Virus record (IMG/VR): IMGVR_UViG_3300030329_005507
Coordinates: 1-55,091 of that record
Strand: one strand, 5' to 3'
Source of the DNA: a virus
Lineage: Duplodnaviria > Caudoviricetes
Length of the DNA stretch: 55,091 nt
The notes beneath the pieces were generated by a model, which searched no databases, was not told the origin of the DNA, and worked only from the letters and a program-made list of their open reading frames with translations. Positions 26,031 through 35,826 of the stretch are shown piece after piece. Every line of letters begins with the position of its first letter. Within the stretch, counting starts at the first letter, position 1. The position numbers were made by a program, and so were the translations under genes.

Positions 26031-28215
26031 AGCAAAAGAGACTGAATTATTTCCTTTTGATGAAGAAGAAAAAGAAGAAGAGGAAATTGTCGTTACGGAA
26101 AAAGAAGAAGTTGTTACTGAAGACCAACCATCTCATGAATATATGGAAATGCCAGAGTTTGGAGAGAATGTAACAGGTTATGGTTTACTTGATAAAGAAA
26201 CTTATCAATCTTTAAAATCTGCATTTGTTGATAATCCTTGGGAGCAGGCTGAAATTTATGAAAATATTTTCGGTGATGATCCAAGATGGGGAGGGATTGA
26301 AGCTGATAAATATAATAATCCTATCGTAAAATGGAATGATACAGCTTATTATATCAATAGACCAGGATTATCTACTACAGATATTGCTGAAGTGACTGCT
26401 GAAATTGCTAAATATGCTCCTGTTAGTAAATGGGTTGGTGGTGCAAAAAATTTACTTGGTAGAGTAAAAAGAGGTGCTTTGGGTTATTCTGGAACAGAAC
26501 TTGCTAGTGAAGCAGCAGAGAACATTATGGCACCAGATACAAATAGAAGGATGAAAAAATCAATTGGTGATATTGCTATGGGAACAGCAATACCAACAGG
26601 GATAGGTGTCGCAGCAGATATTGCTGTTCCTCCTGCTCTTAGAATTGGAGGACAAGTTTTAAAAGGAGCAGCAAGAAAAGGTGTAGAGCAAATTGGTAAA
26701 TTATCAGCACCACGTTACCAACCAGCTGTTCAAAAAGCTGCAGATGCATTCAAACCTAAAGAACAAATCACATCTAAATATCCTTTAACAGTTGGGCAAA
26801 AAACTGGAGATCTACAGCAATTAAAATCAGAGGATCTTTTTCGTAGAGCAGGACCAGATATTATAAGAAATTTTGATGAAAGACAATTAAATTTAATAAT
26901 TAAAGATGCAGAGGAATTACGTAATGTTATGGGATCTGGAGATCCTTTAATATCTCAAGCAGATGATGTAGGTATGGCTGTTGGAGAAAGAGTTCAAACA
27001 ATTGTAAGTGATGCTGCAGAGAATTTAAAAAGCCAAGCAAAAAGTGGATATAATTTTGTGAAAGAATTAGATGACACAATATTAGATGTACCATACTCTA
27101 AAAATCTTGGCAAAAATTTAGTTAATGTTATTAAAAATGAAGTTGATGCAGACACTTTAAAGATGTTGCCGAATCTTTCTAATGTTTTAAAAAGAATGGA
27201 AAAATTAGCAAAAACAGGAAAATTTGTAACGAAAAAAGGATCCCAAAATGTTAATGATTTGTGGTCATTACAGAAACAATTAAATGTTCTTGCAGATAAT
27301 GCTGGTCCTGGAAGAGAACGAGCTATAATAGGAATGATAAAAAGACAACTTGATGGTGAAGTTTACAAAGGTATTGATTCTGGATTTATTTCTGGTAATG
27401 CAGATATTTTACAAAACTTAAAAAACTCAACAGGGATGTATGCACAGTATATGGGTCTTACTGGAGAAAGTTGGGCGAAAACAGCACCAGAGAAAAAAGC
27501 AAATCTTATCCTTAAGAAATTAACAAATACACAATACTCTCCGAGAGAAGTTGTTGAGTCTCTTTTCGGTCATGCAAAATTCAATACAAAAGGTGAAATG
27601 AAACTTGTTTTAGAAAAATTAAATAAATTAATCCCAGAAGAACAAATGGTTGAAGTTAAAGCATTGATGAAAGATGCAATTTTAACAAAAGCATTTACTA
27701 ATAGAACTGGGAAAATTACAAGACAAGGTATTATAAATAATTTTGATAATATATTCGTTAAAAATAAATTTATAGTAGACGAGCTTTTCTCTCCTGATGA
27801 AATTTTAAAAATTAAATCTTTTAGAGATGAAGTTATGCCTACACTAGCAGCAGAGATAAATACCAATCCTTCAGGAACAGCATTCACTCTTGTAACTGCT
27901 TTAGAGAACATGGGTCTTATTGGCTGGACAAGGTCAGTTCCATTCATAAGAGAAGTAAGAGAAGGAATGCAAGAGATTGGTGAAAGAGCAAGAATGATAG
28001 AAGCAACCAGACAATTTATGCTCCGACTTGATAATCCTTTATTTACTTCTGTAGTTCCATCAGCGATAGGAAGAGAAGTTATAGAAGATAAACAGCAAGA
28101 AGATATAGAAATCCAACCAAGTGGTCAAGAAATAGAATTTAACTCTAATTCTTTAAACAAAATAATTACAGGGTTAGGTACGGAAACAATAAAAAAATTA
28201 GTCCGACAATTGTAA
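26023..28215 (+). CDS. Large ejection/DNA-transfer protein (P22 gp16-like position)
   Basis: YYINRPGLS, PLTVGQKTGD, NPSGTA; last gene of the + arm. Confidence 0.65.
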   Translation: MAEAKETELFPFDEEEKEEEEIVVTEKEEVVTEDQPSHEYMEMPEFGENVTGYGLLDKETYQSLKSAFVDNPWEQAEIYENIFGDDPRWGGIEADKYNNPIVKWNDTAYYINRPGLSTTDIAEVTAEIAKYAPVSKWVGGAKNLLGRVKRGALGYSGTELASEAAENIMAPDTNRRMKKSIGDIAMGTAIPTGIGVAADIAVPPALRIGGQVLKGAARKGVEQIGKLSAPRYQPAVQKAADAFKPKEQITSKYPLTVGQKTGDLQQLKSEDLFRRAGPDIIRNFDERQLNLIIKDAEELRNVMGSGDPLISQADDVGMAVGERVQTIVSDAAENLKSQAKSGYNFVKELDDTILDVPYSKNLGKNLVNVIKNEVDADTLKMLPNLSNVLKRMEKLAKTGKFVTKKGSQNVNDLWSLQKQLNVLADNAGPGRERAIIGMIKRQLDGEVYKGIDSGFISGNADILQNLKNSTGMYAQYMGLTGESWAKTAPEKKANLILKKLTNTQYSPREVVESLFGHAKFNTKGEMKLVLEKLNKLIPEEQMVEVKALMKDAILTKAFTNRTGKITRQGIINNFDNIFVKNKFIVDELFSPDEILKIKSFRDEVMPTLAAEINTNPSGTAFTLVTALENMGLIGWTRSVPFIREVREGMQEIGERARMIEATRQFMLRLDNPLFTSVVPSAIGREVIEDKQQEDIEIQPSGQEIEFNSNSLNKIITGLGTETIKKLVRQL

Positions 28216-28638
28216 CACATAAATCTCTTGTGGCTGATTATAAATCCATTCAGCTTTATAAACTTTTAACTTCCCTTTATCATTAACTAATTCTGTAGCA
28301 ATGTAATCTTGCATCTCTGAGATTTGAAAACATTTGCCTTTTATAAGTTGCTCAAAGAACATAGATAAATACCCACCAGAATCCCACCAGCGAATAATAG
28401 GATCCCACGACTCCTTGGTGGCGCAATAATGCATTGTACTATCTTTAAATATGCCTTCTTTAACATTTGTTTTGCCATAGTTTTGCTCCCAAGTTAATTG
28501 TGTTAATTCACAATTTTCTTTACATCTTAATATTTGTTTGGAAAAGATCTCGTTCGAGAAACTTACTTTTATTCCTTGTAAGTTTATTAAGCAACTCATC
28601 AAGAAAATCAAAAGCAAATTTATCATATGTCTTTTCAT
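28198..28638 (-). CDS. Hypothetical, possibly exported protein
   Basis: MKRHMINLLLIFLMSCL signal-like start; overlaps 28520-28705, so the start is uncertain. Confidence 0.4.
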   Translation of the reverse strand: MKRHMINLLLIFLMSCLINLQGIKVSFSNEIFSKQILRCKENCELTQLTWEQNYGKTNVKEGIFKDSTMHYCATKESWDPIIRWWDSGGYLSMFFEQLIKGKCFQISEMQDYIATELVNDKGKLKVYKAEWIYNQPQEIYVLQLSD

Positions 28639-28705
28639 CTTTTTCCAAACATATTTTTCTTTTATCAACTATTGCTATTTTCTTTAGATATTCTTTTTCG
28701 TCCAT
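28520..28705 (-). CDS. Small hypothetical protein
   Basis: GAGGAGGTG upstream; 61 aa. Confidence 0.45.
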   Translation of the reverse strand: MDEKEYLKKIAIVDKRKICLEKDEKTYDKFAFDFLDELLNKLTRNKSKFLERDLFQTNIKM

Positions 28706-29108
28706 TTTTCATCACCTCCTCTAATGATTTCCAATTTTCTCTTTGCATAATTCCTTTATGATGCCAGACTGCTTTTTCTATTAGGTCTGAAGGTTTAATC
28801 TTATTAACTAAATCTTCATCACCTTTAAATAGCATAAGCCAAGTTCTGCCAACTCTCAAAAGTATCCAGCAAAGACCACCATGATTAATATAATCTTTTA
28901 ACCATAAATGTTGGTGTTTTTTAAGACCGACAGAAACTTTTCTACCAGCTTTAAAATCTTTTGCGAACTTCATTTCAAACCAACCACTTCTGCCTTGACG
29001 TATAAAATAAACATCTGGCATACCAACCATTACTCTATTTTCAACACGATACATTTTTAATGGTAAATTATTTCTTACTAATGACCATAATGCTTTTTCA
29101 CTCATCAT
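28665..29108 (-). CDS. PD-(D/E)xK nuclease, VRR-NUC/Holliday-junction-resolvase-like
   Basis: MSEKALW, RVEN...GMPDV, WFEMK, HQHLWL; likely start near 29105-29108. Confidence 0.8.
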   Translation of the reverse strand: MMSEKALWSLVRNNLPLKMYRVENRVMVGMPDVYFIRQGRSGWFEMKFAKDFKAGRKVSVGLKKHQHLWLKDYINHGGLCWILLRVGRTWLMLFKGDEDLVNKIKPSDLIEKAVWHHKGIMQRENWKSLEEVMKNGRKRISKENSNS

Positions 29109-30783
29109 CAATCTCCAAGAACATAGACCTTGGATCTTCATTAACAATATCAGCTACAGATTTTTTATTTCTTAAAGCTTTTATTATTCTGCCATCTACA
29201 GTCTTGTTCGCTTCCATGTCTATGTAAGTTATATTTTTGGTTGTTCCAATACGATGGCATCTATCTTCAGACTGTAATCTTGTTTCTAAATCAAAACTAT
29301 TAGAATAATATATTGCATATTCTGCTGCAGTCAGTGTTAATCCTATTCCTCCACTCTGTGGCTGTCCTATAAAGTATTTTATTTTGGGATCTCGTTGGAA
29401 TCGGTCTACAGCTGTTACTCTATCATCACTTGAAACATCGCCATAGTAAACCACAGCAGAGTCTCCTAATGCTGCTCGTATGGCCATTATATCAGCTCGG
29501 AATCGAGCCCAAATGATGATTTTTGCGTCTATTTCACTAATTATGTCTAAAAGTGCTTTTAAACGAAGATTAGTTTTATTAATTGGTTTGACTTCATTTT
29601 CAGATGGGAACCAACCACAGACAACTTGCTGTAATCTTAAAATTCTAGTGATTGTTTCTGGCACACTTATTTCATCATCACCTAATTGAGCGACATATTC
29701 ATTTTTAATTGAATTATAAATTTGTCTTTGCTCTTTAGATAATTCTACATAAGCTCTCTGATATATTTTTTCTGGTAAATCTAAACAGTTCTTTTTTAAA
29801 ACTCTATAAGAATGTCCTTTGATGCTGTTTGTTAATTCATCAACATTTTGATAACCAACAATCCATTTACGATTATCAAATTCACGCATCACGCAGTATC
29901 TTGCACGGAAAGTGTAAAAACTATCATAACCAAGAATATAAGGATCTAAAAATTTGAATTGTGAAAAGACATCTTCAGCACCTTTAGTTACTGGAGTTCC
30001 TGTAAGTATTCTTTTGTATTTTGCAAGTTTACCTAATTTAGTGATTACTTTTGTTCTATGCGTTCCTGGAGTTTTTATCCTAGAACTTTCATCAACAACT
30101 AAAAGACAATCATGAGAAAGCAAAATGTTTTCTAAATATTTCATAGCAACTTTTGAAACAAATGCTTCAACATTGAAAGAGAAAACTTTTAATATTTCTT
30201 TTGAAGCTATAACATCATTAAATTTCTTCGTATGAGTTTTATTCATACCAGAATAATAATAGATAGAATCTATTGGACACCATTTAGGCATATGTGCTGG
30301 TATCTCATTATTGAGCCAATTTCTATGAACACCATTAGGTGCTATAACAACTAAACAATTAATCTTTCCTTTGCCATAAAGATATGCAGCATTGTCAATT
30401 ATTATTTTAGTCTTTCCTGTTCCTTGTTCCATTAACAATGCAAAGTTCTCTTTATCACGACTCATGTAAAAAGCTTTTCTTTGATGCTCAAAAGGTTTTG
30501 TCTCAAATGCAAAATCATCAATGGGTGGAGTTTCAAATGTTCTATTTCTAGTTGCTTGTTCAATAGTCTCTATATAATCATCAAGAAAAACTTTTGCTTC
30601 ATCATTCCATTCTGCGTCTGGCCAATGCTTTGCTATATAATTTATGTTTGCTCCTGTTGGAGAAAATAGCATGTCACGATTTATCCACCTATGGAATCCT
30701 GGAAGTCCACTTAACAATTGTGTATTGCTAGAATCTAATTTAACTCTAGCAATACATTGTTTTCCTTTAGCGATTATTTGCAT
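29098..30783 (-). CDS. SNF2-family helicase
   Basis: MEQGTGKT, VDES, ILTGTP, GIGLTLTAA, QSEDRCHRIG. Confidence 0.92.
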   Translation of the reverse strand: MQIIAKGKQCIARVKLDSSNTQLLSGLPGFHRWINRDMLFSPTGANINYIAKHWPDAEWNDEAKVFLDDYIETIEQATRNRTFETPPIDDFAFETKPFEHQRKAFYMSRDKENFALLMEQGTGKTKIIIDNAAYLYGKGKINCLVVIAPNGVHRNWLNNEIPAHMPKWCPIDSIYYYSGMNKTHTKKFNDVIASKEILKVFSFNVEAFVSKVAMKYLENILLSHDCLLVVDESSRIKTPGTHRTKVITKLGKLAKYKRILTGTPVTKGAEDVFSQFKFLDPYILGYDSFYTFRARYCVMREFDNRKWIVGYQNVDELTNSIKGHSYRVLKKNCLDLPEKIYQRAYVELSKEQRQIYNSIKNEYVAQLGDDEISVPETITRILRLQQVVCGWFPSENEVKPINKTNLRLKALLDIISEIDAKIIIWARFRADIMAIRAALGDSAVVYYGDVSSDDRVTAVDRFQRDPKIKYFIGQPQSGGIGLTLTAAEYAIYYSNSFDLETRLQSEDRCHRIGTTKNITYIDMEANKTVDGRIIKALRNKKSVADIVNEDPRSMFLEIDDE

Positions 30784-31517
30784 TTAACAGTTTCTATTTT
30801 AATAGCATTTCTTTTTATATCCCAATCAAGATCTCTAGTTCTGCCACCTTTGCTAATAAACTTCTCATAAGATATTCCAGGATTGTTAATTACTATCTGC
30901 ATAGAGTGCCATCCGAAAGATCCTTTTCTCCTATCATTATGAGATATTGGGTGCAAGAATGTATCAGCATATTTTGAGTTTGATTTAGATTGTTTTAATT
31001 TACCAACTTCATGGATACTATTTATGTGTTTGTTTTTACCATTAAACTCATCAATATGTTTAGCACCACCTTGGTCAATTACCCAGCCATCTCTTACAAC
31101 TTGAACATGACCAGTAGTTGTAACAATATAAGTTTTACCTTTTACTGTTCCCCACTCTACAAAATTTTTCAGAGTTAATACTGTATGACCACCACTCTTT
31201 TTTGCGATGTTAAATATATTCTTCCAATTAATTTTTGTTGTTTTAAGACCTATCTTTTTGTATGCTATTTCTCTTACATCATCATAAGTTGCACCAGTGA
31301 ATTTAGTCTTTTTAGAAAACATATTATTTTTTGTTTTAATATTAGATAAAAGTCCACCTCTCCTATCTCTGTGAAGTCTTTCTAAAAGATCCCAAGCAGC
31401 ATCAAAAGAAATGTTGGCAGCAATAGCCATAGCTGTTACTCCACAATTTGGTCCACTTCTTGCTCCTTCTGGAAGAGCAAGACCTTCAGGTTTTTTATTA
31501 GTAGTATTTGACATCAT
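30774..31517 (-). CDS. Papain-like (C39-type) Cys peptidase domain fused to a small C-terminal domain
   Basis: GPNCGVTAMA (Cys), TTGHVQVV (His), VIDQ (Asp); C-terminus paralogous to that of 37837-38385. Confidence 0.55.
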   Translation of the reverse strand: MMSNTTNKKPEGLALPEGARSGPNCGVTAMAIAANISFDAAWDLLERLHRDRRGGLLSNIKTKNNMFSKKTKFTGATYDDVREIAYKKIGLKTTKINWKNIFNIAKKSGGHTVLTLKNFVEWGTVKGKTYIVTTTGHVQVVRDGWVIDQGGAKHIDEFNGKNKHINSIHEVGKLKQSKSNSKYADTFLHPISHNDRRKGSFGWHSMQIVINNPGISYEKFISKGGRTRDLDWDIKRNAIKIETVKCK

Positions 31518-31546
31518 TTTATTCCTTTCTAAATTGTCTATCCCCT

Positions 31547-31575
31547 ATCATATCTTATTTGAGCAGATAAGTAAA
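31547..31575 (-). promoter_or_regulatory. Sigma70-type promoter with 18-bp spacer box
   Basis: TTTACT-17 nt-TATGAT; box CTTATCTGCTCAAATAAG on the - strand (31554-31571); AGAAAGGAAT RBS downstream. Confidence 0.8.
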
Positions 31576-31609
31576 GTCTTTTTTTACTTTTATTTTACAA
31601 TGACTTAAC

Positions 31610-34393
31610 TTATGTTAATTTCCGCCATCTTTCCACATACACTTTTCTAAATCCTTGCTTGACTCTTCCTTTTATTAAATACCAATCTCCAATTTTCCCT
31701 TCTTCAACAACTGGCTTCCCGAGAGTTGGATATTTGAATCTATCTATGGTACTTATAATTGGTCCTGTATCATCTTCAAAAGTTAAGTTGAGCCATAGAT
31801 TATGAGTCTCTACTCTACGACCACCTCTCTTTGCTAAATTAACTGTCTCATTCATATCTCTTAAATTCTTCTCAGTAAGCTTCCCGAAGAAAACAAAAAC
31901 TCCTGGACGATCTGCATCTAATTCTCCTATGTCTGTTATTGAAGAAGTTATGCCATGCTCTCCTGGATCTTTTTTAATATGTCCGAATAATCTTTCACAT
32001 TCAAATATATCATCATAAGGAGTAACACCTTCATTTAAAAGTTTTTCTTGTCTTGGTGTAAAAGGTATTTTTTCACTTCTTCTTTTAATTATATCTTCAG
32101 CAACTTTAGCACCAACACCTTTTATATTTGTTATTCCTCCTATAAGATCGCCATCTTTAACAGACCAATTTTCTTCAGATCTTTCTCTGTCATAAGGTTT
32201 GTATTCAAATCCTTCTTTTACAAGTTCTCTTAATAATCTAACTCCTTGATTTTCATCACGAACATTCCGTAAACACGCAGCAGCAAATTCCAAAGGAAAT
32301 CTAGACTTAAGAACACAACACCAATAAGAAAGAAGACCATAACTAATAGCATGAGAACGATTAAATGCCCAAGAGCCCATAGTATTAATATTATCCCATA
32401 TCTTTTTTGCTTCGTTTTCATCAAGACCATTTTCCTCTGCACCTACTTTAAATCTTTCCCAATATTTATCAAAAAACTCTTGCCCAAGAGATTTACTCAT
32501 AGCTTTCCTTAATTGAGATATGTCTTCCCAAGACAATTTGCCAACATGTCTGCCTATCTCCATAACTTGCTCTTGATAAACTACAATGCCATGAGTTACT
32601 TCTGTAATGTCTTTAACTAAAGGATGTAAATATTCTATTGGTGCTTCACCTGTGTGTCTTCTTATGTATTGAGTTGTTCCTCCAGAGACCAATGGTCCTG
32701 GTCTACCTAGTGCTGTCAATGCAGCGATATCTTCGAAATTATTAACTTTCATTTGTCTAGTTAAAGATTGAAGAGCATATCCTTCAAATTGAAATATACC
32801 AGAATATTTTTCATCATTTAAAACTTTAAATGCTTTTTCATCATCAAGTTTAAATTCTACTAATTTTTCCCTGCTCCATTTAACTTGGTCTAAAACATCT
32901 TGTAATACTGATAATGTTCTAAGTCCTAGTGCATCAATTTTTAATAAATTTAATTTTTCTGCATCATACTTATCAACTTGCAAAGCTTCTGTTTGCTGGT
33001 TGAATGAACAATAGTCTCTGATTGGTTTTTTAGTTACAACTATCGCAGCAGCATGGACTCCATGGTGTCTTGCATGAAATTCCATATCTGCTGCGATCCT
33101 CATTTGGGGATATTTTTTAAGAATTTTTTTACCTATTTCTAAATCATTAAATGTATCTAATATGCAGAACTCAGCACGAGCATCTCCACCACTTCTTTCT
33201 ATTATTGCACCTTTTAAATCATTAACTTCCCATTGTGGAATTTTTAAAGCTTTAGCAACTTCTGTAATTGTACTTTTTGCTTTGTATCTACTTATTGTGC
33301 CAAGTCGTGCAACTTTATCTGCACCATATTTTTCTTTTAAATATTCAAATACCATATCTCTTCTATCGTCTTGGAAATCAATATCTATATCAGGCAAATC
33401 TTCTCTGTTAAGATCTATAAATCTTTCAAATAATAAATTATGGACTAATGGGTCTACATCAGTAATCCCTAAAAGATAACAAACTAAAGAGCCAGCACTA
33501 CTTCCTCTGGCAGGACCAACTAGCATATGTTGTTTTGCATAATTTACCATATCAGCAATAACAAAAAAATAATCTTCATATTTTTTCTCATCAATTAATC
33601 TTAATTCGTATTTTAACCTTTCTTCATATTTTTTATCTTTTAAATCGACACTTAATTTTTCTGCACCTTCTAAACAAAGTTGCAAAAGAGATTTTGTTTT
33701 ATCAAACTCAACCAATTGTGCTTCTGTTAAAGATGCATTGCAATCATTAGCTATTATGTTTGTATTATCAATCGCTTCTTGTGGTGCCCAAGGAATAGCA
33801 CTTTTATACTCCCACTCGTTTAACAGATGCATTGGCTTTGTGCTATCTTGTCTATTCATACCAACAAGAACTTGATAGACTTTTTTATCTGCTAATGTTG
33901 GGTAAAAATTATCACTTGTAGCAACCAAAGGAAATTTAAGATCTAAAACTTTTTTTGTACTCATAGGATTTATTTCTGCAAATACATTTTTATTTTTCGG
34001 TAATAATCCCCAATTAGGATTTGATCCAGAAAGTATAAAAACATCATCTGATATATCAAAAAGACAAGGATAATCTAAACGAGGAATATAATAAAAATGC
34101 TCTTTAGCTGTAGCTAAAGAAGTAAGATTATATATTTCTTTTAATCCTTTGTTATTCTTAGCTAAAAAAGTCATGTAATTAATAGGCTGTTTAGTTCTTT
34201 CTTTTGCATCTTCAACAAATGCTATTTCTACTCCGAATATTGGATTTTTACATAATTTAGAAAATGGTACATGCCCCCATGTTCCATCATCTGTTATAGC
34301 TATTTTATCTGTATTACAAGTTTCAATTATTTTCTCTAATGGTCCATATGCACGGCGAAAAGAATATTCTGTCCTTACTTTTAGATTAATCAT
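31610..34393 (-). CDS. dnaE: DNA polymerase III alpha subunit (family C)
   Basis: PHP-like N-terminus, GPARGSSAGSLVCYLLGITDVDP, FERF...PDIDIDF, HAAAIV, KIDALGL, YQEQVM, FNRSHA. Confidence 0.95.
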   Translation of the reverse strand: MINLKVRTEYSFRRAYGPLEKIIETCNTDKIAITDDGTWGHVPFSKLCKNPIFGVEIAFVEDAKERTKQPINYMTFLAKNNKGLKEIYNLTSLATAKEHFYYIPRLDYPCLFDISDDVFILSGSNPNWGLLPKNKNVFAEINPMSTKKVLDLKFPLVATSDNFYPTLADKKVYQVLVGMNRQDSTKPMHLLNEWEYKSAIPWAPQEAIDNTNIIANDCNASLTEAQLVEFDKTKSLLQLCLEGAEKLSVDLKDKKYEERLKYELRLIDEKKYEDYFFVIADMVNYAKQHMLVGPARGSSAGSLVCYLLGITDVDPLVHNLLFERFIDLNREDLPDIDIDFQDDRRDMVFEYLKEKYGADKVARLGTISRYKAKSTITEVAKALKIPQWEVNDLKGAIIERSGGDARAEFCILDTFNDLEIGKKILKKYPQMRIAADMEFHARHHGVHAAAIVVTKKPIRDYCSFNQQTEALQVDKYDAEKLNLLKIDALGLRTLSVLQDVLDQVKWSREKLVEFKLDDEKAFKVLNDEKYSGIFQFEGYALQSLTRQMKVNNFEDIAALTALGRPGPLVSGGTTQYIRRHTGEAPIEYLHPLVKDITEVTHGIVVYQEQVMEIGRHVGKLSWEDISQLRKAMSKSLGQEFFDKYWERFKVGAEENGLDENEAKKIWDNINTMGSWAFNRSHAISYGLLSYWCCVLKSRFPLEFAAACLRNVRDENQGVRLLRELVKEGFEYKPYDRERSEENWSVKDGDLIGGITNIKGVGAKVAEDIIKRRSEKIPFTPRQEKLLNEGVTPYDDIFECERLFGHIKKDPGEHGITSSITDIGELDADRPGVFVFFGKLTEKNLRDMNETVNLAKRGGRRVETHNLWLNLTFEDDTGPIISTIDRFKYPTLGKPVVEEGKIGDWYLIKGRVKQGFRKVYVERWRKLT

Positions 34394-34925
34394 CTAAATG
34401 TCCTTTCGCTTTAAACCATCGTAAAACTTCTACAGTCGCCTTTACATCAGCCATAGCTCTGTGTGCACCTTTATGCTCTTGTCCTGTAACCTCTTTATAT
34501 ATGTCAACAAGCTTACGTTTCTTTCCCCAAACTTGTTGGCTGATTTCAACAGTACACAACTGCTTTGGTGGCCAAGGAAAATTTGTAACTTTATCTATTC
34601 TTATTAGATTATGTTTCAATATACCTTTATCAAAAGGAAGATTGTGAGCAACAATTGTATCTTCACCTAAGAAAAATTCTGCAAGCTTATCAAAATAACT
34701 AACAAATGGTGGCTTGTCTTTTAAATCTTCATCTTTTAAATTAGTTATTTTTATTATTTGCTCAGGGAGTGGGAAACCAGGATTGACTAAAAATTCTAAT
34801 TGTCCAACTCCTTTAAAATCATTATCTAATTTTATTCCAGCAAATTCTATAATATGTGGTTGCTCTCTTATATCAGAAGCTTCTGGCATTAGCAATCCTG
34901 TTGTTTCTAAATCAATAACTATCAT
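34386..34925 (-). CDS. DEDDh 3'-5' exonuclease (DnaQ/epsilon-like)
   Basis: IDLETTG, AHNLPFD, AHRAMADV; likely start MIVID. Confidence 0.9.
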   Translation of the reverse strand: MIVIDLETTGLLMPEASDIREQPHIIEFAGIKLDNDFKGVGQLEFLVNPGFPLPEQIIKITNLKDEDLKDKPPFVSYFDKLAEFFLGEDTIVAHNLPFDKGILKHNLIRIDKVTNFPWPPKQLCTVEISQQVWGKKRKLVDIYKEVTGQEHKGAHRAMADVKATVEVLRWFKAKGHLDD

Positions 34926-35190
34926 CAATTGTCTCCAATATAAATGCATAAACTCCTAAATCATGAATTGAATCTTGATGTGGTTTATCCCATTTGTTGC
35001 AGTATCTTATTAATTTTGTAACAATAAGATTTAATGCTCCATATCTATTAAAGTCTTCAGGAGTTTTTAAATCAATACCATTAGGGAAAAGTATTTTCAT
35101 TATCTCACCTTGAACAAGATAAGAATGACCATACTGCTCACCTCTTTGTTTAGCTGTTTTAAGAGCTTCTTCAATCTTCTTTTCAAGCAT
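34912..35190 (-). CDS. All-alpha NTP pyrophosphohydrolase-like protein
   Basis: QRGEQYG...KLIRY...HQDSIHDLGVYA. Confidence 0.65.
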   Translation of the reverse strand: MLEKKIEEALKTAKQRGEQYGHSYLVQGEIMKILFPNGIDLKTPEDFNRYGALNLIVTKLIRYCNKWDKPHQDSIHDLGVYAFILETIDDSY

Positions 35191-35386
35191 AATGATTGTC
35201 TATCTCTTTTTTCAATTTATTAACTTTTTCTGTAAGATCTTCAACTTGTTGCATAACTACATCTATTTCAGTAATGTGCTTTTCTAATCTATCCATCAAT
35301 GTAGGATGCACATCTAAAAGTCTCGCAACTGGTTGTCTATCTAATTCTAAATTATTATTTATTATTCTCAAGTGAGGTCTAGTCAT
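35183..35386 (-). CDS. Small coiled-coil protein
   Basis: Likely start MTRPHL overlapping the upstream stop (TGATG). Confidence 0.55.
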   Translation of the reverse strand: MTRPHLRIINNNLELDRQPVARLLDVHPTLMDRLEKHITEIDVVMQQVEDLTEKVNKLKKEIDNHYA

Positions 35387-35826
35387 CAGTATTCTCCTTC
35401 TGCAACTTGCATACAAGAAAGACCTAAGTCTCTCCACATTTTAACAACTTTGTCTCTATCTTCTAAAACAAACCAAACTTTTTTATCAGCAAAATGCGTA
35501 TTGTAAATATCTCTTTTAACATCTGCATCGGAGCGAGAATCTCCCAATCCTCGCATGTAAAGTCCATGAAAAGGAATATCATTTACTCTTAACCATTCCT
35601 CTGTATCTTGTTTCCATTTATCTTCACGACCAGTTACTATGTGTATCTCAGTTTCATCATCTCTGTAAAACTCTCTTAAGATATTAGCAATGTCTTCTTT
35701 AACCGAATCATTATTTGCTCTTGAATTGAACTCTTCCCAATTCTTCTCTTTTCCTTTTACATAATTAATCCTATGTAAAACATTAGCAATGGTTCCATCA
35801 ATATCGCACAATATAACTCTAATCAT
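35386..35826 (-). CDS. HAD phosphatase (T4 PNK 3'-phosphatase-like)
   Basis: CDIDGT, VTGR, LYMR...D..VK, EDRDKVVKMWR. Confidence 0.88.
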   Translation of the reverse strand: MIRVILCDIDGTIANVLHRINYVKGKEKNWEEFNSRANNDSVKEDIANILREFYRDDETEIHIVTGREDKWKQDTEEWLRVNDIPFHGLYMRGLGDSRSDADVKRDIYNTHFADKKVWFVLEDRDKVVKMWRDLGLSCMQVAEGEY

